Virus record (IMG/VR): IMGVR_UViG_3300035661_000011 | Span: 1 to 64,000 of that record | Length of the DNA stretch: 64,000 nt | Strand: one strand, 5' to 3' | Source of the DNA: a virus | In this document: positions 19,239 to 29,772 of the stretch, piece after piece | Layout: every line of letters begins with the position of its first letter | Position numbering within the stretch: position 1 is the first letter of the stretch | Notes under the pieces: model-generated | Databases searched by the model: none | Told to the model about the DNA's origin: nothing | The model's input: the letters and a program-made list of their open reading frames with translations, nothing else | Translations under genes and position numbers: made by a program

Positions 19239-21197
19239 ATGAGCAATGAATTAATTGATGAACCGACTGTAGCTTCTGCTGCTAGAAGACCACAACCAGG
19301 TGCAAAACAAACCCAACAAAGACAACCGCCGCCAATATCACCTGGCACACGGAGAAACACAAACAGTTTATTTGGTGCTGCAATGAGCGGTAACCGCCAG
19401 TCAGCAGATATGGGTGAGATCCACGAATCGTTTAGTGCGCTTTGCACGGGCTATTTTGCTACCACTGGTGTTTCTGTGGAGGCTATTGCATTTGATGACA
19501 TATCGCTTCTAATTCCTGCGGAAATGTTAGTGGTGCGGGAAGGTAATCGTTTATACGTTGGCGTATTCCTGATTTCACATCTTCTGCGTGCACAGATTCC
19601 AGACTTTGTAGAGCGCGGTGGCTATGGTCGTGAAATTGTACTTCCCCAAACCGAAGAGTCTTTGTGGACATCTCCAATTATGCAAGAGCGTGCATATGCA
19701 CTGTTAGCAAGAACATACTTTGCTGACAAAAACTACTCGATGCAAGAGCTTGAAAAGCTGATTATTATTTCCAGCGTACAAAGACTATCTCCAACTAAAC
19801 GTTACATCACCACAGCTGATTGCGAAGTACCATTCGACCATGCAATGGCTTCAATTTTAGCATTTATCAAATTGTCGCGTGGCGAAGGTACATCTCTGTT
19901 TACAGCAGATGATTTGCGTGATGCAGGTTACACAATGGCTGTGCGTCACAAAATTAATCCAACTGGAATGTCTACGAACACCTATGGGGAACCTATGGCG
20001 TGTGACATCGAGTTGACATTAGTGGCGCGGTCACAAAAGCGACCAGATTCTTTGCATCAAACAGAGATTGACCAAATTCTTTGTCAAGTTAGTTTGACTA
20101 TTGATTTCTTACCTATGAAACCAGGTAGTGAAGTTATCCGTCTATCTAATCGTCAAGAAGCACATCCGTTAGTAGTTCCAGTGTTTATTATTCGCCAAGC
20201 CACAACGGTATCATTAGGAACAACTAATAACGATTCTTTCTTAACGCAGATTTTGGCGTTAAGTATGGTCAAAGCGTATTCGGAAGATCCACAACGTTGG
20301 GGTCAGTTGTTTGAACCTGGAACTATGTCGAACTGCATTAACAACATTGGGTTACTTGGTAAACTAGGTGACCCAAATCCAGTGTCAAACGAAATCCCAG
20401 GCGTAGTTACAATCTTGCCACGCGGTTCATATTCAACTGAACCCAAAACCAAAACAGTTATTCAGATGATCGAAGAATACTGTTCGCAAACGCCAATTAT
20501 TGCGATGGACGTCGCTCGTGCAGGCCCTATGCAATATATTCAGGAATTGTTTACGTATACAGATGCTGAAAATTTGGTTAACACCGAACTATCCTCATTT
20601 GTTATGGAATACAATGAAGCGGCTGGTACTCATGAAATCGATAAAGATGCATTCTTCAGATTCTGGCAAACTGAATTTGGCGGTCCATCCAAGTCACCAA
20701 TCTTCGACCCTAACCATGATTTACAAGGTCATGTGGATCAATGGGAAGGTACGTTTGTTGGTAGCGACCATTTGTTACATGACATCCATGAAGTTGACTT
20801 GTTGGCGTTTCTATACGACGATAACGTAAGTGAAGAATCTCTAGCTAAGTACGCCAATTGTAGTATCCCATCTGACAATTCTTTGCTGGATTTGGACAAC
20901 CGATTACAGTTGATTACAGGTATCTTACCACACCGTACAATCACCGGTAAGTCAATGCGGTATTTCTACAACCCTCACTTTCTATATGTGGTTGACCGCT
21001 ACTTGACAAACTACGGCGTTGGATTTGAATTGGATGAAAGTATGTTGCATGTTCGTAGCTCATTCGGTTTGAACCGCGATTACTTGTTGGAGGGTAATGA
21101 GCAATCGTCTGCATTCCGTGCAGCTGGAATTCGTCGCGGTGATACACGCGGCAGTGACCAGTTCCAACCAATGAACAGTCGTAAAAGATTCTACTAA
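19239..21197 (+). CDS. chmA: chimallin, major phage nuclear shell protein (phiKZ gp54-like)
   Basis: 652 aa with low-complexity termini, own promoter and terminator, immediately upstream of the nvRNAP beta' gene, which is the conserved chimallin position. Sequence is too divergent to confirm by eye. Confidence 0.82.
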   Translation: MSNELIDEPTVASAARRPQPGAKQTQQRQPPPISPGTRRNTNSLFGAAMSGNRQSADMGEIHESFSALCTGYFATTGVSVEAIAFDDISLLIPAEMLVVREGNRLYVGVFLISHLLRAQIPDFVERGGYGREIVLPQTEESLWTSPIMQERAYALLARTYFADKNYSMQELEKLIIISSVQRLSPTKRYITTADCEVPFDHAMASILAFIKLSRGEGTSLFTADDLRDAGYTMAVRHKINPTGMSTNTYGEPMACDIELTLVARSQKRPDSLHQTEIDQILCQVSLTIDFLPMKPGSEVIRLSNRQEAHPLVVPVFIIRQATTVSLGTTNNDSFLTQILALSMVKAYSEDPQRWGQLFEPGTMSNCINNIGLLGKLGDPNPVSNEIPGVVTILPRGSYSTEPKTKTVIQMIEEYCSQTPIIAMDVARAGPMQYIQELFTYTDAENLVNTELSSFVMEYNEAAGTHEIDKDAFFRFWQTEFGGPSKSPIFDPNHDLQGHVDQWEGTFVGSDHLLHDIHEVDLLAFLYDDNVSEESLAKYANCSIPSDNSLLDLDNRLQLITGILPHRTITGKSMRYFYNPHFLYVVDRYLTNYGVGFELDESMLHVRSSFGLNRDYLLEGNEQSSAFRAAGIRRGDTRGSDQFQPMNSRKRFY

Positions 21198-21222
21198 GCG
21201 TTACTGTTAGTCGTAGTTAAAT

Positions 21223-21261
21223 TGAGTACCAGTGCAATTGCACTGGTACTCATATTTTTTT
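21223..21261 (+). terminator. 30-bp perfect palindrome plus T-run
   Basis: tgagtaccagtgcaa|ttgcactggtactca, then tattttttt. Confidence 0.82.
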
Positions 21262-21281
21262 CTGTGTATTGAGAGGACAAT

Positions 21282-22823
21282 ATGGGTTTACATACAAGGT
21301 TACCTGATTACGATGTGATATATAAGAGTTTACAAAGCTCTATATTGTTAAACGAAGTACCATATGTTACAAAGGAAGATAGAGAGTTATTTAATTCTCT
21401 ATTAGTAACAAAAACTGAAACAGACGTCCTGTGTAGTGTCCCAACCTGTGAGTGCGGAAAATACACATATGGGTACAATGAAGGACGCGTTTGTGATAAC
21501 TGCAATACAACCGTACAGTTGCAGAATGAAAGCATTATTGATACAAAGGTGTGGATAAAGTGTCCAGAAGGTGTACATGGCTTTATATCACCCTTCCTGT
21601 GGATTAAACTCAAACATCTAACTGCGAATTCAGGTTACAATATTTTACTATGGGCAATCGACCCAAAAAGTGTACCACGCCCACGGAAACCAACGAAGTT
21701 AGTTAAGTTGAGAATAGATGCTTTGGAACGAGCTGGGTGGCAACGTAGTTTAAATTATTTTATAGAGAACTGGGAGAGATACTTCACTATTATGGCTGAA
21801 ACTTTAGTTGGAAAAGCTAAAGCCAAAATGTATTCTGAGTTAGATTTACTAAGTAAGAACAAAGCAATGTTTTTTCCTAAATATCTACCAGTTCCAACAA
21901 AGGCATTAATGGTTATTGAGAAAACAAATCTTGGTAACTACGCTGATACGTCAACCATGAGTTATGCGGTTGCAGCAGCTAAAACGATTGGCATTATTAG
22001 TATGCCACGTAATCCTCCAATGAAACCTTTATCAGTTAAATATCTGGAAAGTAAAATTGTTGGAGTGTGTGAAAACTTAACCATTTATTCAGCTAACACG
22101 TTTAAGAAAAACATTTGTCCTAAAAGTGGGTGGTTACGTGGACACGTATATCGCGCCAGGTCAGATTTTACCGGACGAGCAGTAATTACATCTATACCAA
22201 CACCACACTGGTATGCTGAAATACATTTACCGTGGACAATGGGTATTGAAATATTTAAATTTCATATCATTAATATATTACGAAATAAATATGGATATTC
22301 CCGTAAAGAATATGTAGCGTTATTGGATTACGCTGGTAGTAACTACGATCCAATAATCGACGAAATATTACGGTCGCTAATAGCCAATGGTGAAAAACTA
22401 CCAAGAAATTTAAAGTTTGACGAAGAGTTCCACATATGGCGTGGTCTAACAACAGAACAGATTAATAAGGTACGATTACCAGATTACGGAATATGTTGCG
22501 CTTTCCAAAGAAATCCGACCTTAGGTTTGGGCTCTATGCAAAGGCAGTATGTTACGAAGTTTAAAACAGACTTAACTGACAAATCTATATCGTTGAGTGA
22601 CCTAGTCGCACCAGGTTATAATTGTGACCATGATGGGGATGAAATGAACTTTACACTTACACACTTGGCTAAATTTATAAGCTCTATGGAAGTTTTAGAT
22701 ATTAAATACGCTATACACGACCCTATTAAATTGGGTAGATTTAATAACAACATTAAACTCCCAGACCCAACACTGGAAACATTTGCTAATTTTTTGAATG
22801 TACGGTACTATGTCAATCAATAG
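21282..22823 (+). CDS. non-virion RNA polymerase beta' N-terminal (catalytic) subunit (phiKZ gp55-like)
   Basis: Zn finger CECG...CDNC, RSDFTGRAVI, QRNPTL and catalytic NCDHDGDEMN. Confidence 0.92.
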   Translation: MGLHTRLPDYDVIYKSLQSSILLNEVPYVTKEDRELFNSLLVTKTETDVLCSVPTCECGKYTYGYNEGRVCDNCNTTVQLQNESIIDTKVWIKCPEGVHGFISPFLWIKLKHLTANSGYNILLWAIDPKSVPRPRKPTKLVKLRIDALERAGWQRSLNYFIENWERYFTIMAETLVGKAKAKMYSELDLLSKNKAMFFPKYLPVPTKALMVIEKTNLGNYADTSTMSYAVAAAKTIGIISMPRNPPMKPLSVKYLESKIVGVCENLTIYSANTFKKNICPKSGWLRGHVYRARSDFTGRAVITSIPTPHWYAEIHLPWTMGIEIFKFHIINILRNKYGYSRKEYVALLDYAGSNYDPIIDEILRSLIANGEKLPRNLKFDEEFHIWRGLTTEQINKVRLPDYGICCAFQRNPTLGLGSMQRQYVTKFKTDLTDKSISLSDLVAPGYNCDHDGDEMNFTLTHLAKFISSMEVLDIKYAIHDPIKLGRFNNNIKLPDPTLETFANFLNVRYYVNQ

Positions 22824-23004
22824 TGTTGTTGTTGGAGATAGTGTAGAGCATCCAATTTTAGGAGATGGTGTAGTTAGGGCAGTTGTGTTTGGTATTAAGC
22901 ATATACGTATGGATGTGTTTTTCATTGATATAAATGGTATTAAGCAATTAAAGTTTAAAAGGAATGCCAATTCTAATGTTTCTGTTAGAATTATAAAAAG
23001 ATAA
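22810..23004 (+). CDS. stand-alone PcrA/UvrD C-terminal Tudor-like domain protein
   Basis: GDSVEHPILGDGVV...RMDVFF...GIKQL fits the G-x-x-V-x-H-x-x-x-G-x-G...V-x-F...GIK-x-L pattern. Confidence 0.6.
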   Translation: MSINSVVVGDSVEHPILGDGVVRAVVFGIKHIRMDVFFIDINGIKQLKFKRNANSNVSVRIIKR

Positions 23005-23018
23005 TTTTTGGAGGTATT

Positions 23019-23642
23019 ATGGCGAAACTAGTAGTGTTAGATGATTTTAATCGAGCTGGTGATTTAACTTTCTATAACGTGGATGATAATGTTCAGAGAC
23101 ACATTAGTTCGAAGTTTGAAACGTTTGTAAAAGTTGCCAGAGATGTAGGTGATGGGTTTATAGAATCTATGCGTAATTTATACGATGAGTCTATAAGTGA
23201 CAGAGCTCTTAACATTGGGGATTTAATGAGACAGAAAATCGGACATATCTTTGATATAGATATGATACGAAAAGTTAATTCTGTAAATGCAATCCGCTCA
23301 GCTCCAAATGTAATGCGTCGTTGGGTTATGGCAGAGCCAACAATGCGAGACCGATATAATGCAGGTGCCGTATCTGGGTACGATAAAGATTTTGAAAATC
23401 TGTATCCAGGTGAGAAAGGTGGAGTGTCCCATTACGATTATCGTCGTGTAATGAATGGGGTGGCTCAAATTGATGAAGATGGTAAAGGTTTTACTGAATG
23501 GTTTCACGAAGTAGTTCCAGAAGAAGACATTTTATCAATCACGCAACAAGCTTTAATCCTTAACTCCTGGGATGTAATTAAAGCTTCGATTAAATCAGGA
23601 AACAACGAAGATCCAACCTCTATGTGGGGTGGGACACTTTAA
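23019..23642 (+). CDS. conserved phiKZ-like core protein (probably gp59-like)
   Basis: Motifs APNVMRRWVMAEP, HYDYRRVMNG and C-terminal DPTS; follows the gp55-like gene. Confidence 0.6.
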   Translation: MAKLVVLDDFNRAGDLTFYNVDDNVQRHISSKFETFVKVARDVGDGFIESMRNLYDESISDRALNIGDLMRQKIGHIFDIDMIRKVNSVNAIRSAPNVMRRWVMAEPTMRDRYNAGAVSGYDKDFENLYPGEKGGVSHYDYRRVMNGVAQIDEDGKGFTEWFHEVVPEEDILSITQQALILNSWDVIKASIKSGNNEDPTSMWGGTL

Positions 23643-23696
23643 CCAATAGCACCCTAGACACCTAGGGTGTGTCATTTAAAACAACAGGAAAACGAT

Positions 23697-24392
23697 ATGA
23701 GTTTATTTTTACTTTTACCAGGCGATGTACATGGTCGTAGAGTGTGTGGTCATGTGGATGAGACATACGACACCAAAGAAGAACTGGACAGAATGAAACA
23801 AGTGTATGTGCAAACGTACTTTCAAGAGCATGGAATTATCACTACGCCAGTTTACATTTCTGAACCAATGAACGAAATGTTAACCAAGCTGCTTTTTGGT
23901 GGAGTAGTTGTTGCTATGGACATTAACACAGCAAGACAAAAGGTGTTACCAGGAACAACTGTTTTAGAAGACAGTGAAATGCCAGACTGTATACTGCACC
24001 CACTCTACGATTTGTACTGCGCTAGATTGGACGTATCTCGATTTGTAAACACGCTGAACGAACCAGAGTTCTCAATGGTTGCCCAGCTTTTAGTCAAGCA
24101 GTATACAGCTGTTATAGATAACATTCTGGAAACGTTTGCTACACAGTCGTTGACATTACAGTTAGAAGAAATTGATTTAAGTGAACAACAGCAAATTGAC
24201 ATTGACATTGTATCGGCAGACCATGACCAGTTTAAACATCAGCACGAAATACTTCTTGCTAAAACAATTAAAGCTCGAGAAGAAGCGCAAGCTGCAATGT
24301 TAGCGGAAGTACAAACTACTGGTGAGCAGACTACTTCTGATGACACAAATGAAGTGTGTGTGGCGACAGTTGCCGAAACTCCCTCTGAATAA
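23697..24392 (+). CDS. hypothetical protein
   Basis: SD AGGA before ATG 23697; acidic tail; hairpin 24401-24432 downstream. Confidence 0.7.
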   Translation: MSLFLLLPGDVHGRRVCGHVDETYDTKEELDRMKQVYVQTYFQEHGIITTPVYISEPMNEMLTKLLFGGVVVAMDINTARQKVLPGTTVLEDSEMPDCILHPLYDLYCARLDVSRFVNTLNEPEFSMVAQLLVKQYTAVIDNILETFATQSLTLQLEEIDLSEQQQIDIDIVSADHDQFKHQHEILLAKTIKAREEAQAAMLAEVQTTGEQTTSDDTNEVCVATVAETPSE

Positions 24393-24449
24393 TACCAACT
24401 GTGTGAAACCCAGAAATTTCTGAGTTTCACACTCTGTATTTTTTTAAGC

Positions 24450-24460
24450 ATATATTATCT
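24450..24460 (+). promoter_or_regulatory. ATATATTATCT promoter motif
   Basis: Exact motif right after a terminator. Confidence 0.7.
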
Positions 24461-24528
24461 TTTTGTATATTTAGATATTGTGGCTGTATCATCCAAGGTA
24501 CAATAACTATTTATACGAGGTATAAAAA

Positions 24529-24930
24529 ATGAGTAAGAATGTAGCGTGGCCTACGTTAAGTACAAATGAAGGGTGGGTGTCTGATCCAACTAGAGTGTTA
24601 AATTTATCCTTTGCGCACACTTTGACGTCGGATAGGTTCCAGTCAATAGTTTATGCTGGTAGAATAACATCTCTTATGGGTCTCCTAATTAGATTCCAAC
24701 ACGATCCAGATAGGCTAATGGACGCTATTATAGAGAGTTACACTAATTTTTACAATAGAATCTACGATTCGTCTAGTGTAGATGCAACGTATACAATGAA
24801 TGCAGATGATTCATATTCTGTACAGTTGTCAATAGAAGTAATAAAAAATGGTACGACTTATTCACTAGCATACACTGGTGCATTGGATAAGTCGTCTTTA
24901 ACTGAAGCCTTGAAAGGTATGACACTATGA
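24529..24930 (+). CDS. conserved phiKZ-like core protein
   Basis: PTLSTxxGWV...SDxxQS...G-x-I-T-S pattern; SD GAGGT. Confidence 0.65.
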   Translation: MSKNVAWPTLSTNEGWVSDPTRVLNLSFAHTLTSDRFQSIVYAGRITSLMGLLIRFQHDPDRLMDAIIESYTNFYNRIYDSSSVDATYTMNADDSYSVQLSIEVIKNGTTYSLAYTGALDKSSLTEALKGMTL

Positions 24931-25436
24931 CTCAAATTAATCCAGATGTATCTAAATCAATTGACCTAGATGCATTAAAACTAGAAACCTTAAATCGGAT
25001 ACCAAAGGAAGTATTTATTAGAAACTATGCGCCTTTGATATTTGACACAGACCCATCCGTGTTCAATTTACGCTGGGTAGCCGAAGTGGCTAGTAGTCCT
25101 ACACATGAAGTTATAATGGTGGATAACCTAGGAAACATTTTATCAATCATTCCACCATTGCGTGTAACAACGTTAAAAAACATTAATCTCGGTCCAGAAC
25201 TTTCTTCTGAACTAGAAGTCTACGGTATACAGAAATCGATTAAAAAGAACCAGTCTGAAAACCGTTTAATAAATACACTAAATAAATTAGATTTACATAT
25301 ATCTGTTACTCCGGAGTTAGAGCTTAGATGGCGTAAGTTATTGATTGAGTGTGGATTTGGTGAAATGATTGAGCAACATTCGATTGCCAAAACCGTTGTG
25401 TCAGAAATAAACCTAGATGTGTGGGAGACATTTTAG
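24927..25436 (+). CDS. conserved hypothetical protein
   Basis: ATGA overlap; WVAEVASSPTHEV...IIPPL. Confidence 0.7.
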   Translation: MTQINPDVSKSIDLDALKLETLNRIPKEVFIRNYAPLIFDTDPSVFNLRWVAEVASSPTHEVIMVDNLGNILSIIPPLRVTTLKNINLGPELSSELEVYGIQKSIKKNQSENRLINTLNKLDLHISVTPELELRWRKLLIECGFGEMIEQHSIAKTVVSEINLDVWETF

Positions 25437-26581
25437 TGAAAATAAAAACCCTTTGTGTAAACGATATCCATTTAGGGCACCCAACTACACCGACGTCTCG
25501 TATCGTTGAGAATTTACAAAGGGAGTTTAACAGAAAAACATTACTGGACGTAGATATACTTTGTATACCTGGGGATATTTACGAAAAACAAATCAGGTTA
25601 TCTGATCCTGATACAGACGTGATATATTCGTGGATGTATCAGTTACTCAGAGACTGTGCAATTACTAATACTCTACTTAGAGTGTTACACGGTACACACT
25701 CTCACGATTTTAATCAAGCTAGACTGTTTGAAACCATTAATGTAGATTCTGAATTCAACTGCGATGTGAGATATGTCAACGAACTATCAATCGAACATAT
25801 ACCACAGTTTAATATACACATTCTTTATATACCGGATGAGTGGCGCGGTAGCTGTAAACAAACTCAAAAGGAAGTGGAAGATTTAATGTATGAAATGGAT
25901 TTGGATATGGTGGATATATCACTGATGCATGGGTTTTTTAGTTGGCAAACGCCTGATAAAAATGTACACGATGAAAACTTTTATAGTTCTATCACTAGAT
26001 ACTACGTGAACATTGGTCACGTGCATACTTATTCAGAATGGAAGAACATACGAGCGCCCGGTAGTTTTGATTGTACCCGACACGGTGAGACTTATCCTAA
26101 GGGGTATATGGGGTATCAGTTTGACACTAGTATCCCATACGACGTTTACTACACGTTTTATGAAAACAAATATGCCACCCAGTATAAAACTGTGAGAGTT
26201 GGTAGTTGTAATACAAAGTCAGAAGTTGAAAATGAGGTAAACTATGTTATATCGGAATGGAGAAATGCATATCCGAATGTAGTATTACGCCCATTGTTAT
26301 TTGTTAAAGTTGTTTATAATCCAATTCAAGACTTTGAAGATATTTTTATTTCTTTTAAAGAGAGATATAAAGCTATGATTACTTGGAGTTTTGTAAAGGA
26401 GGAAGTTATTCGAGTTGTAGAATCTGTTGAAGTGCAAGAATCTGCATTTGAACCAACTCCATTAACAGAGACCACTATAATTGGCGTATATGAAGATTTA
26501 CTTTCAGCTATATCAGGCGTTGATAGATCAGCCGTAATGAATGTGGTAACTGACACTAAACGACGATTGGAGAAGGGTTAA
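25421..26581 (+). CDS. sbcD: SbcD/Mre11-like metallophosphoesterase nuclease
   Basis: DIHLG, GDIYE, GTHSHD, MHG, GHVH and PGS motifs. Confidence 0.88.
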   Translation: MGDILVKIKTLCVNDIHLGHPTTPTSRIVENLQREFNRKTLLDVDILCIPGDIYEKQIRLSDPDTDVIYSWMYQLLRDCAITNTLLRVLHGTHSHDFNQARLFETINVDSEFNCDVRYVNELSIEHIPQFNIHILYIPDEWRGSCKQTQKEVEDLMYEMDLDMVDISLMHGFFSWQTPDKNVHDENFYSSITRYYVNIGHVHTYSEWKNIRAPGSFDCTRHGETYPKGYMGYQFDTSIPYDVYYTFYENKYATQYKTVRVGSCNTKSEVENEVNYVISEWRNAYPNVVLRPLLFVKVVYNPIQDFEDIFISFKERYKAMITWSFVKEEVIRVVESVEVQESAFEPTPLTETTIIGVYEDLLSAISGVDRSAVMNVVTDTKRRLEKG

Positions 26582-27426
26582 TGGTAAGTAAAAGTGATAA
26601 AGATTACGTACCTTTAATAAAGGACGGTAGAGTAATTGGTGAAACTGTACCAGTTTCAATAGGAACGGCTATACCAATTGAAACTATAATTAATAACCAG
26701 GAGTTACAAGGTAAATACAATGCACTATATATAAACGTTAGAACAGTTTTACGAAATCTAATTGGTGCGTATGAGAAAGCACCAACTAACTTTGAGACAG
26801 GTGCTGTCATTGATACATTCATTGAGGAGATAGATACGCTATTAAACTTAGCTAAGACTTACTTTACAAACGGCTTTAGTGTGACATTGTATTATCCGTC
26901 GTATGGTTCAGTTGTAGATTTGTTTACACGTGCTAATGTAAAGGAACCAATAACAAAACTACAGCGTGAAAAGTACCAGTTAGAAAGAAAGTGTTATGAA
27001 AGAATGCTTAAAGAAAGACCAACTGTGATAAAAACAAATTGTAAGTTATCCGGTGCAAACTCAGAAGCATTAATTGTTACACATTACCCGATAGATCTAC
27101 TGTCGTTTACAACCTTTCGTAAACTAACATTGTTAGAAAGTCACACTGGCCACATTAAAGATAAACCACAATGGCTTACCAAACTTTCTACCAAAAGCGA
27201 ACATTCCAATTTACCATTTAATATACTTACGTTGCAAATACTTGGTGACGGTAAAATGTTTGGGTCTATGGGTTCCAAATACACAGGGGTGTTAACTAAA
27301 CTAGCAGAGTCTGGTCAATGGACTACACTTACAACAAAAGAACGTGTGAAATTTGATATTAATAGAATGAACGATAAGTTAGCTGAAATGCTCCTTAAAG
27401 AAATGTTAAATATCACATTGAAGTAA
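26581..27426 (+). CDS. conserved phiKZ gp66-like protein, possibly degenerate 5'-nuclease fold
   Basis: SIGTA, YINVRTVLRN, THYPIDLL, LLESHTG and QILGD; conserved position after sbcD. Confidence 0.6.
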   Translation: MVSKSDKDYVPLIKDGRVIGETVPVSIGTAIPIETIINNQELQGKYNALYINVRTVLRNLIGAYEKAPTNFETGAVIDTFIEEIDTLLNLAKTYFTNGFSVTLYYPSYGSVVDLFTRANVKEPITKLQREKYQLERKCYERMLKERPTVIKTNCKLSGANSEALIVTHYPIDLLSFTTFRKLTLLESHTGHIKDKPQWLTKLSTKSEHSNLPFNILTLQILGDGKMFGSMGSKYTGVLTKLAESGQWTTLTTKERVKFDINRMNDKLAEMLLKEMLNITLK

Positions 27427-27484
27427 ATAATAAATAATAGTAGTTTGCTATTATCTGTAACTATGAAATAGAGGCATAAACATT

Positions 27485-28210
27485 ATGGCATTTGTAAATA
27501 AAAACGAACATTGGTCTCCACTTAAATGTAGCAACTTAACACTGTATGGTGAACGTCCACCAAATTCAAAAGGTGCACCGAGTTGTAGTCTTATCATTAC
27601 ATATGGTGGTAATACTAAATTCGTGATTTACCCAAATAACGGTACGGATTCAAAACCACTAGAGTTTACACTCGGTAGTAGCGGTCGTGGTAGACCACAA
27701 AACCTACACGCTATACTTATCGCATTAGAAGCTGCTATTAAAGATAGAAGTAATACAGGTCTTGTGAAATCGTATCAGTGTAAAGAGTGGTTTGGTCGTG
27801 ATAAAGTACGGTATGAAAAACCCAAAACCGCAGGGGTTATTAGTGTAGTTCGTGATGACAAAGGACGTATCTGTTTAACGTTCCAAGTTAGAAATGATGA
27901 ACCCATCACATTTCCATTCCGTTGTAACGAAGACTTTGTAATGTTAGAGGCTAATGGTGAACGCACTTCTACTATGGATGAGTCTGAAGAAATGGCACTA
28001 GCGTGGGTTGAGCAGACACGAGGTATTATAAATTCATTCTTGGCAGTTATGCTGAAACAGCCGCCACCAAAGGAAGAAAAACCTAACAACTACGGTAATG
28101 GAAATCGTGGTGGTTATAATAATGGTGGAAACGACAATTCTAAACCAGCCACTATGGCTAATAGTGGTGGTGGTAATTTTGACGATTATGACGATGATGT
28201 AAATATGTAA
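27485..28210 (+). CDS. chmC: ChmC-like nucleic-acid-binding protein (phiKZ gp67 position)
   Basis: Beta-rich core plus Asn/Gly-rich, acidic low-complexity tail; directly upstream of the gp68-like gene. Confidence 0.68.
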   Translation: MAFVNKNEHWSPLKCSNLTLYGERPPNSKGAPSCSLIITYGGNTKFVIYPNNGTDSKPLEFTLGSSGRGRPQNLHAILIALEAAIKDRSNTGLVKSYQCKEWFGRDKVRYEKPKTAGVISVVRDDKGRICLTFQVRNDEPITFPFRCNEDFVMLEANGERTSTMDESEEMALAWVEQTRGIINSFLAVMLKQPPPKEEKPNNYGNGNRGGYNNGGNDNSKPATMANSGGGNFDDYDDDVNM

Positions 28211-28268
28211 CACAATCACATCACACACAGGGTTCTGTGTGTGATGTGTATTCATTAGTGTTATAAAA

Positions 28269-28279
28269 ATATATTATCT
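28269..28279 (+). promoter_or_regulatory. ATATATTATCT promoter motif
   Basis: Exact motif after hairpin 28217-28248. Confidence 0.7.
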
Positions 28280-28305
28280 AACTGTTATAATTAACGGAGT
28301 GTGTT

Positions 28306-29733
28306 ATGAAGTTTGGTTGGCAGGGGTATGGTAAAAATAACTCCATTGTGATTTCAGATGAAAATTGGGAGTTACTATGGAATGCAGATGCGTGGTCTAA
28401 ATCTAAGTTAAAAGGTGGTGCAGACATAGAGGGTGAAAATATTAGCTATGCAGTATTTGCAGTATTAAACGATTTCCTACTCACTTTAAATGAAGAGGAT
28501 ATAGTTGTACTTAAGGGTATCTACGCTGATATAAACGAATTATTAAATGATTCGGTTGGGGTACCGATTCTTGATTTAAACAATATACTTTATACTCTTA
28601 TAAATGAAATTTGTATGTTAGTTAACTATGATTTATTTAGGGAGTGGTGTTTATTAAATGGTAAAATAAATATTGCGATTGGTACTAAAGAAACGCTTAA
28701 TGAAACAGATTCAGCTGACATCACATATTTTACAAAAGACTACACTGAACTTGCTGTGTTTTCAACATATGTAAAATTATTAATGCCGATACTCGGAATG
28801 TATCATTCGGTGCAAAAACAATCATTAGGTGATGAACAAGTGTTGTTAAACATACTTACATTGATTAGCAATGATGTAATCTCTAACAATGTTGCATTCG
28901 TGAGATTATCAGAGTATGCGGTTACATTGTGTGCTAAAAGGTTAGATTCCATTAATTACGTACTACTAACAGAGTTGTCAACCGATGAACTGGTAGACTA
29001 TTGTGTCGTTGTAGTTTTATGGAAACGAATAATCTTATTCGATGTACGTTCACAAGTATCATTGGTTAGAAATGTTTATAACGGGTTTAAAGACCAGTTA
29101 AATAAACTATCTGCGGCTGGACCAACAGAAAAATACCATAAGGGTTCTACATCTGCTGGTAAGGAAGACCAATCGGTAGCTGATGTTTATAAGTTGATAA
29201 TTGAAATACCACCAGCTACAGTAGTGGATATTTGTACATATATCCGACACAAATGGTTTTTAAAGAAACTTAACCCTAATGTAACAGCTCGTGAAGTTGA
29301 TGAAATACATTCTTTTATTGACACACTGGATGTAAGACCTTCACATTTAACTATATGTGCAGCTGTTTGTAAACACGTAATACCTAAACGAGATGTGCAG
29401 TACACTGACTACTTGACGACTAAGTATTTAATCGCAATGTCAGCAGCGTGTTTATACGATTGGGGACTACCAACGCTTGCAGAGTTTATTACACTTATAC
29501 CAACTGTAAAGTATGCATCAATTATAGTAGGTGGCGGTGTTTTAATTAAACCAGTTACACCAGAGTTACAGGAGTTAGCGAATCAAAAGTATAGCGTAAT
29601 AGGTGGCTCTACAGCGTTATTTGAATTGCGAGATGAGTTATTAAAAGAACTAACGTGTTTTGATTGGAAGTTTACAAGGGGAAACCTTGGGGATTTTAAC
29701 AATGAGTTGTTTAAACTCATTTTACGAGACTAA
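28306..29733 (+). CDS. nvRNAP specificity (sigma-like) subunit, phiKZ gp68-like
   Basis: 475 aa, helical; TYFTKDYTEL and KLLMPI motifs; synteny. Confidence 0.75.
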   Translation: MKFGWQGYGKNNSIVISDENWELLWNADAWSKSKLKGGADIEGENISYAVFAVLNDFLLTLNEEDIVVLKGIYADINELLNDSVGVPILDLNNILYTLINEICMLVNYDLFREWCLLNGKINIAIGTKETLNETDSADITYFTKDYTELAVFSTYVKLLMPILGMYHSVQKQSLGDEQVLLNILTLISNDVISNNVAFVRLSEYAVTLCAKRLDSINYVLLTELSTDELVDYCVVVVLWKRIILFDVRSQVSLVRNVYNGFKDQLNKLSAAGPTEKYHKGSTSAGKEDQSVADVYKLIIEIPPATVVDICTYIRHKWFLKKLNPNVTAREVDEIHSFIDTLDVRPSHLTICAAVCKHVIPKRDVQYTDYLTTKYLIAMSAACLYDWGLPTLAEFITLIPTVKYASIIVGGGVLIKPVTPELQELANQKYSVIGGSTALFELRDELLKELTCFDWKFTRGNLGDFNNELFKLILRD

Positions 29734-29772
29734 AAAGTCTTAAACATTTAATAGGTTAAGAGGTTAACTGAT

